Virus record (IMG/VR): IMGVR_UViG_3300042566_000762
Location: 32,001-96,000 of that record
Strand: one strand, 5' to 3'
Length of the DNA stretch: 64,000 bases
Source of the DNA: a virus
The translations under genes and the position numbers were made by a program. Of the stretch, positions 37,456-48,700 are shown one piece after another. Every line of letters begins with the position of its first letter. Position 1 is the stretch's first letter. A model generated the notes under the pieces. That model saw only the letters and a program-made list of their open reading frames with translations, was not told where the DNA came from and searched no databases.

Positions 37456-38873
37456 ATTGATACAATTATATGTGTTTGATTTTTAACATTTGCATTACTT
37501 AATTCTTTAAATACACAATTATTTAATCCATCTTCTTTAGTTGACTTATGTCCTCTACTAACTTCATTAAAATATCTAACTTGATTATATCTGGTTGTAA
37601 TATCTTTCCATGCACCATCTACATATCCATTTTCGGAGTGTGGCATTAATTCAAATTTACATTCTCTTCTATGTGGTATTGTTAATATTTTATAATCATC
37701 TTTTTCAAACGGAACTATTTCACATTCATTTATAATTCCATCATTACCATTACCACTTAAATCAATCATCTTATAACCTTTAATAAATTTTGCATCAAAG
37801 TATAATTTTAAATTATCACAAGATGTATAATTACCAAAATTGGATGTCAATCCAAAATATTTATTTTCAGATATTTCTTTTATTTCAATTTCATTTAACA
37901 CATTTCCAAATATTGCAAAAGAATCCATTAAACCATTAAAGAATTTTGGATTATCATTTCTATTTGGGTTACCCGCACCTAAATATATTTTACTATGTTT
38001 TCTATATGAATATAAATCTTTTGTATAATTTTTAGTTCCAATTAAAATACCATCTTGATACATTTTTAATTGTTTATTATCTGCATCAATTGTGATACAT
38101 ATTATAGTTTTATAGTTTGGTTTGATATCTGAGTTTAAATAAATAATATTTTCTTCTTCGTCATATATTTCAAAATTATATCTTGCATAAGAATTATAGT
38201 TAATAGACATATCAACTCCTGCAATAGTAAATACTGAATAAGTATCATCGTATTTATCAATATCACAATAGATATATTCAGGAGAAAAGGATATAAAAAT
38301 AGTTGTATTTGTATTTGGGTCTATTACATTATTTGTTTTTACATATGCACTTTTTCCGTTGAATTTAAGCGCAGCTGAATTACTTCCCAATAATTTTATT
38401 TTCTTTTCGTATAAATCAACATTATATTGTCTGCATCTAAAAAGTAAATCATTATCTTCATATCCCCATCCCCAATATTCATTGGGATAACCATTTATAG
38501 TTTCAAATATATTTGTTGGAAATAATGTTACTCCACCAAAATATTCATCAAATACTATTCTATTAAATGTAGGGTCTTCGGATATAAATTTTGTAGATAA
38601 TTGTATAGGGTGTGGTGAGTATGAATAATCAACATCAATTGGAAGCATATCTATATCGTGAAATACAACATAATCACAATTTAATTTTTTAGAATATATA
38701 AATCCAATATTTAATAGTTTTCCTCTATTAAATGTTTTGGCCTCATCTTGTTCTACAACAATTAATTCATAATCTATATTTTTCCCACTTAGATAATTCG
38801 ATATAAACTTTTTAAATATTAATAATTGTTTATCCCTATCTCTATATGGAACTATAATACCTAATTTATGCAT
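37452..38873 (-). CDS. GT7 (beta-1,4-galactosyltransferase-like) with inserted LamG domain
   Basis: VPYRDR, FNRGKLLN.G, FHDID, YFGG, NGYPN.YWGWG.ED.D; LamG F.G.MD...DLSGNGNDG. Confidence 0.8.
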   Translation of the reverse strand: MHKLGIIVPYRDRDKQLLIFKKFISNYLSGKNIDYELIVVEQDEAKTFNRGKLLNIGFIYSKKLNCDYVVFHDIDMLPIDVDYSYSPHPIQLSTKFISEDPTFNRIVFDEYFGGVTLFPTNIFETINGYPNEYWGWGYEDNDLLFRCRQYNVDLYEKKIKLLGSNSAALKFNGKSAYVKTNNVIDPNTNTTIFISFSPEYIYCDIDKYDDTYSVFTIAGVDMSINYNSYARYNFEIYDEEENIIYLNSDIKPNYKTIICITIDADNKQLKMYQDGILIGTKNYTKDLYSYRKHSKIYLGAGNPNRNDNPKFFNGLMDSFAIFGNVLNEIEIKEISENKYFGLTSNFGNYTSCDNLKLYFDAKFIKGYKMIDLSGNGNDGIINECEIVPFEKDDYKILTIPHRRECKFELMPHSENGYVDGAWKDITTRYNQVRYFNEVSRGHKSTKEDGLNNCVFKELSNANVKNQTHIIVSI

Positions 38874-39054
38874 CTTTGGATTTTTCCTTAGCTGCAGCTA
38901 GTTTATGGAATTCAGATAAATAATATTGAGTTCTTTGACTCCATTCATCTTTATCAATTTCTTCAAACCAAATTGTAAGTGCATCTAATGAGTTTGCAAT
39001 TTTCTCTAAAGCTTTAATTTTTCTAGTTTCTAACAACAATTCTTCTTCTGTCAT
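38866..39054 (-). CDS. Small hypothetical protein
   Basis: Helical 62-aa ORF directly after a promoter. Confidence 0.6.
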   Translation of the reverse strand: MTEEELLLETRKIKALEKIANSLDALTIWFEEIDKDEWSQRTQYYLSEFHKLAAAKEKSKDA

Positions 39055-39070
39055 AATTTATTTATTTTTA

Positions 39071-39102
39071 TAAATGTAGTATTTTTATTTGATATTACCA
39101 AA
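39071..39102 (-). promoter_or_regulatory. Bacteroidetes-type -33/-7 promoter heading the main island operon
   Basis: - strand TTTG-N20-TACATTTA. Confidence 0.65.
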
Positions 39103-39951
39103 TTATATTGATATTATTTTTTTGAATAATTTATTCCATTGTTTATAATCCAATTCCTTTCCTATATATTCAAACATATATTCTGTATTTGTAACGTCTA
39201 TTTCAAAATTATTACTTCTTAAAGATTGATACATTTTTAAATATTCATCTGATGATGCATGGTCTTTTCTAATATCTGCAACCTGTTTAATTCTTTCTAC
39301 ACAAGTTGAATCCCATTTGAAGTGATGAACCTGAACATTATATTCATCAATAGGTGCAATCAATGGGTGATTCCAACCTTGCCATTTCCATGTCGTATGT
39401 CCGTCAATTTTTGCGTAGTGTTGACCTGCGGTTATTTCTATATACCCTTTCATTATACATACCTTATTAGGACATGCACCACTCATTGGATATCTAAAAA
39501 ATCCTGCAACTGGAAATTGTTCAAATATATTTTCTTTTTTATTTATCTTTGGAAAATCACCAACTTGTCCTATTCTATCAATAAACCCACCTCTTACTAA
39601 GTCCCAACCATTTCTTTCACATACTGATATAATTTCATTTAGTGGTTTTGAATAAATGTGAAATTCATCATCATCTGAAACTACCCACCAATCATTAGGG
39701 AATAACATTTTAGTTTCGTTATATAATTGAGTAACATATTCCCAATTAAATTTTTCTTTAGTTACTCTTTTTACAATTTTAGCTTTTTCAAATTCTTTTG
39801 TTATTTTTAAAACTTCATTATAAGTAGTAGAAAATTCCCACTCATAAACTACAATATACATTTCATCTACCAAATCTTTATAATGATTCAGCATATGCCA
39901 CAAAGTTTCTACCCTACTACCAGTAACTGTAACTAATCTTATTTTATTCAT
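39103..39951 (-). CDS. Glycosyltransferase family 2-like (GT-A)
   Basis: L.HY, WWVVSDDDEF (DxD), G.H, VHHFKW. Confidence 0.7.
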   Translation of the reverse strand: MNKIRLVTVTGSRVETLWHMLNHYKDLVDEMYIVVYEWEFSTTYNEVLKITKEFEKAKIVKRVTKEKFNWEYVTQLYNETKMLFPNDWWVVSDDDEFHIYSKPLNEIISVCERNGWDLVRGGFIDRIGQVGDFPKINKKENIFEQFPVAGFFRYPMSGACPNKVCIMKGYIEITAGQHYAKIDGHTTWKWQGWNHPLIAPIDEYNVQVHHFKWDSTCVERIKQVADIRKDHASSDEYLKMYQSLRSNNFEIDVTNTEYMFEYIGKELDYKQWNKLFKKIISI

Positions 39952-39972
39952 TTAATTTTTTATTAATCTTTT

Positions 39973-40731
39973 TTAAAACTTTCTTGTTAGTAAAGCTAAA
40001 CCAGTGCTTGTAACTTTTTTATCAAACATACGAAAATTTTTTAAATTTACCAAATTCCATTTTTCATCCTCTTCTAATTCTTTAATAAATTTTGCAGGGC
40101 CATCGAAGGGAACAAAGTTTTCTTTTGCATCTTCGGTTACTACAAATGTGTCATGATAAGATTGGTCTATGTCGTGAATTGTAATAATTCCATTTTCAGA
40201 TATAATTGAAGAATATAATTCAAAATCTTTTTTAACTCCTTCATATGAATGGTCTCCGTCAATATGTAAATAATCTATTTTAATATCTTGTCTTACAAAA
40301 TAATCATAGAATGCTTTTTCTGATGTTTCTAAAATAACTTGCGGTTGAAAATGTTGTCTTAAGAAACTATTATCAGAAGTCCAATCGGTAAACCCACCAA
40401 CACCATTGGCTGCATCAATTATAATAGTAGTTCCAATATCACCCCACTCCGTAGAATTGTTTCCTTCAAATATTTTTTGTTCCCATAAATCTTTTCTTGC
40501 TTGCGTCATTAAACGGGGTATAAATCCTCCTCCTGAACCAATACAGACACATACCTTTGCTCTGATAAATTGAATGAAAGAATATATCAAAAGACCATCA
40601 CCCAGGTGTAAATCGGTTGCACCATGTGTCCATCTATATTTAACTGGTTCCAATACTTCATCACCATTTTCATTAATTATATGGTTATTTGTAAGATATT
40701 TTTTTATAAGTGTTTCGTTAAGTAACTGCAT
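39973..40731 (-). CDS. Class I SAM methyltransferase (Methyltransf_24-like)
   Basis: IGSG.G, IDYLHIDGDHSYEGVK.DF, G.I..HD. Confidence 0.85.
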   Translation of the reverse strand: MQLLNETLIKKYLTNNHIINENGDEVLEPVKYRWTHGATDLHLGDGLLIYSFIQFIRAKVCVCIGSGGGFIPRLMTQARKDLWEQKIFEGNNSTEWGDIGTTIIIDAANGVGGFTDWTSDNSFLRQHFQPQVILETSEKAFYDYFVRQDIKIDYLHIDGDHSYEGVKKDFELYSSIISENGIITIHDIDQSYHDTFVVTEDAKENFVPFDGPAKFIKELEEDEKWNLVNLKNFRMFDKKVTSTGLALLTRKF

Positions 40732-41690
40732 ATTTCTTTAATCCAATTTTGTTTATTTGTATATTCATTTAATCCATCTCTTAATTTACAAAATTCTAAA
40801 TTTACTTTTTCAAATCCATCCTCTTGTATTTCTAAATATCTTTCATAGAATTCTCCTTTACTACTTGCTCTATATTTGTAATCAATATGTTTCATCCAAT
40901 CGGTGTGTATGATTGGAACTTTACCATTATCTACTGCATCAAATATTGCATAACCAAATGGTTCTTTAGTATAACATCCATGAAATATTTGAAAGTTTCC
41001 TTCAAAAAATTTATTATGAAATGTATAATCAAATTGAATAAATCTATGATAGTCAGAATTGGTTTTTGACCCTTCTAACATTCTTTTGTAATCATATTTG
41101 TTTGAAAATATAATTGACGGAATATAATCTAAATAATGTGCATTCTTTCTTGTTTCACATCGCGCAGCATATCCAATTTTATTACTTACAATTCCTGTAA
41201 ATGGTTTATTTTGTTTCCATTCATAATAATTTGTAATGTTTTTTGTTTTTGGATAATGTTTATGTATTGTATCATTCTCATACCCTATCCAAACTATATT
41301 GTCGGAATTATCTAATATTTCTTTTTGCCATTCCCAATCGACTTTTGTCATTATATTTTCATAATCAGAATTTAGTCCTAACATATCAGGAATAAAAGCA
41401 TGAACAAATGTAAGATAAGTTTTATGTAAATAATTTTTAATAATAGGATTTTGTTTGTAAGAGTGATGTAAGAAAATTATCTTATCACATTCTTTTAATA
41501 TCTTATCAACTTCTTTTTCGTTTTCGTAAGTGTAGATTGCACCAAACTCTTTAATCAAAGGTCTACCATCTATTACAATTTTATAATCTTTTTTGACTAA
41601 TGGTAAAACATTATCTATAAAGTTATTGCACCATAAATCGGCACCACCAATAACATTTTTTCCGTAACCGGTTGTAATAAATACTATCAT
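40704..41690 (-). CDS. GT-B glycosyltransferase (GT4-like)
   Basis: GGAD, R...RKN, EPFGY...DA...G..PI. Confidence 0.7.
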   Translation of the reverse strand: MIVFITTGYGKNVIGGADLWCNNFIDNVLPLVKKDYKIVIDGRPLIKEFGAIYTYENEKEVDKILKECDKIIFLHHSYKQNPIIKNYLHKTYLTFVHAFIPDMLGLNSDYENIMTKVDWEWQKEILDNSDNIVWIGYENDTIHKHYPKTKNITNYYEWKQNKPFTGIVSNKIGYAARCETRKNAHYLDYIPSIIFSNKYDYKRMLEGSKTNSDYHRFIQFDYTFHNKFFEGNFQIFHGCYTKEPFGYAIFDAVDNGKVPIIHTDWMKHIDYKYRASSKGEFYERYLEIQEDGFEKVNLEFCKLRDGLNEYTNKQNWIKEICSYLTKHL

Positions 41691-44600
41691 ATTGAACCTG
41701 ATATGTTTTCAAACAATTCTTTCTTAAAAATTTCCAAATATTCCGATGTATATCTTTCCGGTTTATAATTACCATTTGAATCATATAATGGACTATTTAA
41801 AATATCTTTATCTCTTCTTTCCGCAACAGCCATCCAACTAATCACATCATTTGAATTAATATTTTCCGAAATTACAGTTATAGAACCACTTATCACATTT
41901 CCTCTTACTCTATCAAAACCACTTTCATTTTGTAAAAATAATTGTGAGTTTTTTGTAAGGGATTCAAATGTACCATCTGACATTCTAGATGATGAATCTA
42001 TTAAACAACTACCACTTCCATTTTCTAATTGTATATGTCCTCTATAAATCAAATCAGCTCTAGGTGCCTCAATTGATGTATGATATAACCATTTATTTTC
42101 ATTAACAGGATGTTGAATTTTAAATTGTTTATTTGCAGCACTAAATCCTGAAGTAACATCCAATGAACCGACAATTTGAGATTTACCTTTAATTAAACAA
42201 AAGTTACTAGCTACACCGGTTGAACCCGATGGACTAGATAGATTCATATAGTTTCTAAAACCCTGATAAACTTGTAGTCCACCTGGAGAAAATACAGAAT
42301 AACCATTACCAACTCTACCAAATCTTACTTGAATATTACTCGCCGGCCGACTTAAGATAATACTATCAAAGTCATCTCCAGCAACGATTGTCCCAGTCCA
42401 ACTCTGCAAAATCTCAACTCTATACCAATTGGATTGATTAATATCGGTATTTATACCTCCAGGACCAGAAGCTTCTACCGTTGCACCATATACTTGTCTA
42501 CTATTTTCATATACACTTCCAGCGATACTACCGAATTCTGCTTTGGCCACCAACACTTGTTTATCACCAAATGTGGTATTCATATTTGTTTGATTCAATG
42601 CATCGGTAGATGTTGGAAATCTCCTAACCCTTAATGTACATGTGTATTGTGCATATGAATTCCCAGTGTATACACTTGAATTAATAACACCAAATATGCT
42701 TGGAAATGTCTCTGAATCAATTGAAATTTCTTCAGTTGCATAAACTAATCCAATAATACCATGTACACCCGTTCCATATTGATTTGAACTTCCATTACCC
42801 AATACCCAACCGGTATCAACACCAACTGCAGATGCGGAATATGCCGTTCCAACTGATGAACCATCATTTGAATAATCAATATATCCAGTATCACTTGCAG
42901 TAATCTGCTCAATTGTCTCCGTTGCATCTAATACAACTACATCCAAAGAATCTACTGGATTTGTTTTTGTAATTGATATTTTTGTTGCATTTGAATTTAA
43001 TTTTAAAATATAATTACCACTTATTTTTTGTAGTCCATTTGTTCCATCAATAGTCCACCCTGCAATAGAACCGGTATCAAATTGTGCATCTCTACCAAAA
43101 AACTTTAATGAAGCAATTTTTTCTGCAACAATTTGGTTTGCTAATATTTTACCAGTAGTAATTGAATTGTCATCTATATAAGTTGCATTAACCGAATTAC
43201 GTGTTGCAAGTGCACCCAAACCGGTTACATCCGTAGTTGCCGATACACTGCTTTTTAATGCCAAAGAACCAAGTCCATCAACCGATGCATTTGGAACTTT
43301 TACGCCTGCACTTAATGTTAGTGATGTTGCAGTTATTGCGCCATTGATAGTTGCAGATGTTGCCGTTAATACACCGGCCGCCGTAACTCTAAATGGTGCA
43401 TCTGCAAATGTTGCATGTCCCAAAGAAATACCATCGGTACTTGCTTTGAAAATAGTATTACCACTGCCTATTGCAATTGTACCACCACTAATTGTACCAC
43501 CACTAATTGTACCACCACTAATAGTAGCGGTTGATGTTATATTTCCACTAAATGTTCCTGCAGTTGCATTTATTGTCCCATTAACTGTTAATGTATCTAC
43601 ACCATTCCAATTTAGTTTATTTCCTAATGAAAATTTACCGGTACTATCTAAATAAACATTTGTATTTGTATTATTATATGAACCAGAGTATTCCGTTTGA
43701 CCAGCTGGAATTGCCCCTCCAATAAATATTTTTCTAGGATTCTGTCTTGCATCTAAATAAATTGATGGTGTAGTTCCTACTTTAAATAAATCACTAATAT
43801 ACCCCTGTTGTCCGCCTATTGTCGGTGAATAAATTACAGTATCTCCAATGAACGAACCACTATATTCTCCATCAGCCAATTGTTGAACTTTGGATAATGA
43901 TGATGATAATATAAATACATTTGAAGAACTAACCGATGAACTTAATAATGAAATTGTTCCACTAACAGAACCACTTAATGTAGTTATCGTTCCACTCACA
44001 GAACCACTTAATGTGGTTATACTTCCACTAATAGACCCACTTGTTACAACAATAGTTCCACTAATTGACGATGAAACTCTATTTAAATCTGCCAATGAAG
44101 AAGATGCGGAAGAACTAATAAATGTTAATGTTCCACCTATATTATTATTACCACCTGTAAATAATGCCGATTGCGTAACTGCAACGGGAACATAATTATT
44201 ATTTACATCATAAAATTCAAATTTAAAATTAAATGTTTCATTTCCAATTACAGTTGGCATTGATGTTACAAATGAAATTTCCGATGGTGAAAATGCCGTA
44301 TCTTGTGTCAATTGTAAAGTTAAATTACCAATATGCCATTCACCTTGTGATTGGGATAGATATAAACTCGCAGTAGGTTCTGCTTTTGGTAATGAAAATT
44401 GTATTATAGTATCTTTTAAATTTTTTGTAGGAGATATTCCACTTAATGTTCCAACCAATATCTCTCCATTATTAGAACCACTTAAATAAACCTGCAAATC
44501 GCTGGATGTGGATGCAGAATAAAATGCGTCAATACCAAATTCATAAACACTTACATCGGATAAATTTAAAGAAGATGTGTATCTAAATTTACCCACACCA

Positions 44601-45502
44601 TTTAATCTTAAACCATTATCAACTCTACTAGAAGTTAATAGTGTATTTAAAGAACCGGTATTCCATAATTTTTTTACAACTTCTGATGTGAAAAACCCAG
44701 CGTCACCAACAACACTACCACTAAGTGCGGTTGTTGATAATAATTCTTTTGATTCTACTAAAATGTCTTGTATTAAATCATAATCCGATATATCTCCTTG
44801 TGAAGTTCTATATACTTTAATTCTTTTAACATCACCCGCAAATGTATCTAATTGTGATACTTTTACGTTTGCAAATGATTGTGTTACACTCGACGCAACT
44901 TTAGAACCAGTTGCATCAAATGCATATATCGGTGATAATGTTTCAAAAATAGTGGCAGTTGGTCTCTTGTAAAATCTTACTTTGGTGGTATTAGCTAAAG
45001 CTGGATTTACATTTATAGTTTTTTGCCATTTAACATTATATTTTCCTTCCCAAATTGTAGGAACATTAACATTTGTTCCATTATTATCATATGTAGATAA
45101 TTCACCTAATATTGTAATAGTTGCAGGCCCATAAGCGGTTCCATCCGAATAATTACCCGAAGTATCTAATGTTCTATTTGGGTAAATATAAACGGCAACT
45201 ACTTTAGAAACACCTTCATAATATTCGGTAACAATTTGTTCCGAACCAACTGAGGCTGATATAATTCCCTCTCCTGGTTCGTTATAAATGATATTACCTT
45301 GAGCATCTTTGATTTCAATTTTTATTAAAGTATCAGGAACCAAATATTCAGAACCTTGAATTAAAAATGCATTCTTACCACCGGTAAAGGTATCGGGTAA
45401 TTCGGTTACTTTAAAATATTTACTATTTGGGTCAACATCATTAACTAATACGGAAATCTTATCCAAATTCTCAGCCGATATTGTTTTCTTTATAATTGCC
45501 AT
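41687..45502 (-). CDS. Long tail fibre / receptor-binding protein
   Basis: S/G/T-rich repeats, G.I.A..G motifs, C-terminal KQF.I.HP...L.H.SIE.P....YRG domain. Confidence 0.75.
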   Translation of the reverse strand: MAIIKKTISAENLDKISVLVNDVDPNSKYFKVTELPDTFTGGKNAFLIQGSEYLVPDTLIKIEIKDAQGNIIYNEPGEGIISASVGSEQIVTEYYEGVSKVVAVYIYPNRTLDTSGNYSDGTAYGPATITILGELSTYDNNGTNVNVPTIWEGKYNVKWQKTINVNPALANTTKVRFYKRPTATIFETLSPIYAFDATGSKVASSVTQSFANVKVSQLDTFAGDVKRIKVYRTSQGDISDYDLIQDILVESKELLSTTALSGSVVGDAGFFTSEVVKKLWNTGSLNTLLTSSRVDNGLRLNGVGKFRYTSSLNLSDVSVYEFGIDAFYSASTSSDLQVYLSGSNNGEILVGTLSGISPTKNLKDTIIQFSLPKAEPTASLYLSQSQGEWHIGNLTLQLTQDTAFSPSEISFVTSMPTVIGNETFNFKFEFYDVNNNYVPVAVTQSALFTGGNNNIGGTLTFISSSASSSLADLNRVSSSISGTIVVTSGSISGSITTLSGSVSGTITTLSGSVSGTISLLSSSVSSSNVFILSSSLSKVQQLADGEYSGSFIGDTVIYSPTIGGQQGYISDLFKVGTTPSIYLDARQNPRKIFIGGAIPAGQTEYSGSYNNTNTNVYLDSTGKFSLGNKLNWNGVDTLTVNGTINATAGTFSGNITSTATISGGTISGGTISGGTIAIGSGNTIFKASTDGISLGHATFADAPFRVTAAGVLTATSATINGAITATSLTLSAGVKVPNASVDGLGSLALKSSVSATTDVTGLGALATRNSVNATYIDDNSITTGKILANQIVAEKIASLKFFGRDAQFDTGSIAGWTIDGTNGLQKISGNYILKLNSNATKISITKTNPVDSLDVVVLDATETIEQITASDTGYIDYSNDGSSVGTAYSASAVGVDTGWVLGNGSSNQYGTGVHGIIGLVYATEEISIDSETFPSIFGVINSSVYTGNSYAQYTCTLRVRRFPTSTDALNQTNMNTTFGDKQVLVAKAEFGSIAGSVYENSRQVYGATVEASGPGGINTDINQSNWYRVEILQSWTGTIVAGDDFDSIILSRPASNIQVRFGRVGNGYSVFSPGGLQVYQGFRNYMNLSSPSGSTGVASNFCLIKGKSQIVGSLDVTSGFSAANKQFKIQHPVNENKWLYHTSIEAPRADLIYRGHIQLENGSGSCLIDSSSRMSDGTFESLTKNSQLFLQNESGFDRVRGNVISGSITVISENINSNDVISWMAVAERRDKDILNSPLYDSNGNYKPERYTSEYLEIFKKELFENISGSI
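43475..43522. repeat. 3 x 15-bp perfect tandem repeat (SGGTI) in fibre gene
   Basis: AATTGTACCACCACT x3. Confidence 0.9.
43935..44075. repeat. Imperfect 33-bp repeats encoding SGS(V/I)SG(T/S)ITTL
   Basis: 11-aa periodicity in the fibre shaft. Confidence 0.7.
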
Positions 45503-45514
45503 TTAATCTTTTTA

Positions 45515-45607
45515 AATAAATATCTTCAAAAAAAGAATTATTTCATATTTATATAAAGAAAACTAATAAATACTTTAATCTATTATAGAAAACTAAAGAA
45601 AACTAAA
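45515..45607. promoter_or_regulatory. Divergent control region with opposed ATATTTAT motifs and three AGAAAACTAA boxes
   Basis: - strand GATATTTATT near 45515-45524; + strand CATATTTATA 45544-45553; boxes at 45557, 45587, 45597. Confidence 0.6.
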
Positions 45608-45613
45608 TAAGTT

Positions 45614-45799
45614 ATGAAATACGCAATGTTACAAATAAAAAAAGAAACCCATGAACTTCTCAAAGAATATTGTGAAGAACACGGGTTCAAAATGGGTAGC
45701 CTAGTTGAAAATCTAATTAAGAAACACATTGGTGTTCCAAAACCACAATCTAGTGTGTTGAAGGCTGATAAGGTCGTTATTAGAAATCAATCTTACTAA
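45614..45799 (+). CDS. Ribbon-helix-helix-like small DNA-binding protein
   Basis: Beta strand YAMLQI, then K.THELLK.YC...G.K...LVE.LI (CopG/Arc-like pattern); only credible + strand gene. Confidence 0.7.
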   Translation: MKYAMLQIKKETHELLKEYCEEHGFKMGSLVENLIKKHIGVPKPQSSVLKADKVVIRNQSY

Positions 45800-48700
45800 A
45801 CCCATCTACTTTTTTTATTTCTATCAATCCATCTACAATATCTCTCATTTGTTCTAAGTGAGAAATCATCCATATAAAATCGAATTGTGTTTTAAGATAT
45901 TGCATCATCATAAATAAAGATGATAAGTTATCAGCATCTAATGTTCCAAATCCTTCATCCACTACTAAGAAATTCGGACGAGGTAAATTACACACATTGA
46001 TAAGTGCAACTCTAATTGCCAACCCACTTACGAATTTCTCCATACCACTACACATTTCTAATGGCCATTCCTGGTCTTCGTAAACAATTTTTGCATTGAT
46101 TGACTTGCCGTCCATTTCCATTGTAACACCAAAGTCTACAACTTGTGCAAGAATGTTATTGATTTCATTTTCAATTACCGGAAGTGCTTTACTAATCAAC
46201 TCATATGGAATACCATCTCTCTTCACAGCATCTAAATAATAGGTGTATAATCGGTTCTTTTCTTCTAAGTCCTTAACATCACTCATCTTCTGCTTTATAC
46301 CCTCTATATAGGTCTGTAATGATGAAATAGAACCATTTGTAGTAGCTATCTGTTTACTGATATCTTTAATATCCAACTCAATTTTATGTTTCTCTACCTC
46401 TAATTCTTTGATTTGTTTTTCTAACTCTTTATTGCTTTCAATTGTTTCTTCGTTTTCAAAATACTTCTCAATATCTTCTTCAACTTTATCTAATTGAGTT
46501 TGTAATAATTCTTCTTTTGTTTCCAACCCCTTCAATTCGGCCTCTGCCGTTTTTAAGATACCTTTGGATTGTCCAAGTTTTATTTTTAAGTCGGTCAATT
46601 CATTATATTGTTCCTCAACACCTTCCATCGTATCTATGGTTTGTTGAATACCAACACAATCAATCATTGCTTGTTTAACTATTTCTTGTAATTGAGGCAA
46701 TGCTTCTTTTGACTTCATTGCATCTTTTACAAATGTGTTATCACAACAAAATTTACAATTTGGGTCATATTCATGTTTATCCAAATGTTTAATCTTTTCT
46801 TCTGCACCCCTTAAATACACTTTTGCAGTGTCATATACTTTAGTAGCTTCAATTAAAGATTTTTGTTCTCGTTGATAGTTTGAATAGACAATTTCTATAT
46901 CAATACCATTTGATTGTTTCTTTTCATCTATTGATTGTGAAATTTCTTCAATTTTTCCTTCTAATATTTTAATGAATGTTTCTTTTGTCCCAATTAAAGT
47001 TGTATTGTTTTGAATATCTTCACCCAAACCCTTTCTTTTTTCTTCCAATTTAGGTAAGTCCAAATTAGAGTCAATTGGAGTAAGGTTTCTACTTAATTCC
47101 AATATAATACCATCTAACCCATCCTTATTACCATTCAACTTAGCCAATTCTTTCTCAAATTCTTTTAATTCACCTTTCTTATCTTTCAACTCATTTGCTT
47201 TATCAGCAAGTTCAGTTGTAAAATCAGTTTTCTTAAAGTTCTTAATTAAGACCGAAACTTCTTTAATATCTTCGGTTGCGGTTTCGTATAATTTATCAAA
47301 AACATTCAATCCCATAAATTGAGCAAGTAAGTCTTTCCTCTCACTTTGTGACTTATCAATGAATATAGAATTATTACCTTGTAAAGATAATGTAGTCAAT
47401 ACAAAATCTTCATACTTACCAACATATTGTTCAATGACTTGATTTGTATCCCTTCTTTCAGTTCCGTTCAAAGATATTTTCTCATCACCATCAATATACC
47501 AAAAGTTTACATCAACTTTTACATTCTTACCTTTGTTAATTGTTTTTGCAGTTCTTTCGATAAAATAATCTACTCCATTAACTTGGAAATTTAAATAACA
47601 TCTAAAATCAGTCTTACGATTGTTTAGGATATTAGCTGCTTTGAATGCTCTACTACTTTTATCATAAAGACAAAATGAAATAGCATCAAAGATAGATGAC
47701 TTACCTTGTGCATTTGGTGCAAACAATCCCATCAATCCATTTAACTTACTAAAATCAATTTTGTTATCTTCACCATAACTAAACATATTGGAAAACTCAA
47801 ATCTAATTGGTTTCCACATAATGTTTCTTAAAGTATCTTCATGTACAATTCTACTATTTACATCTCTGTTAATATTTTCTAGTTCTGCCAAATCTTTCTT
47901 ATCAACGAATGGCATCATTCTTTCTACATATTCATTGATTAAAGAGTTTTGATAATTGATGTCGGAAATATCTTCAAAGTCTAATTTATTTTGTCTATCT
48001 CCTGTTTTCTTTTTTGATAATGAGTCCGTTCTAATAATTGTAAAGTCCTCAACACCATATTTCATTTTAATTTCTGCAATTACTTTTTTAGTATCCGCAG
48101 TATCTGTATTTGACAATCTTACTCTTAAACGAGGATGTTTTGGCATATCATTTACAACTGGAACTTTACCATTGTCGATATCCATTGTATAATAACCATA
48201 ATCATTTTGTAAATCAACTTCTTCATAGGTCATTGTGTCCAAATCCCATGCTAAAAAACCATGTCTACCCAATGTTTCACCAAAGTTTTGTTGGATTAGT
48301 GAACCTGCATAAACTACCTTACAACCTTTCGGACTTATCATTTCCTGACGCTTATGAATATCACCTAATAAGGCTAAATCAAATCCATCAAATATATCCG
48401 TTGTAAAATGTCTACTACTTACTACATATCCAATATCAGTTTGTGAATTATCAACAGGTCCGTGGAATAATGCAATCTTTTTATTACCAAATAGTTTATC
48501 AGCAGTAATCCAATTGTCTTTGTTATCTAAAATACTAAATACTGAAAAATCAACACCACCAATTGAATAAACCTGTGTATCTTTTAAATAATAAAAGTTT
48601 TCCAATTCCAATGCATCAACAATAGGAGTAAGAACATCCATTCTATCCATATTGTTCATATTACAATCGTGATTTCCGGTAATAAGAATTGTAGGGCAAG

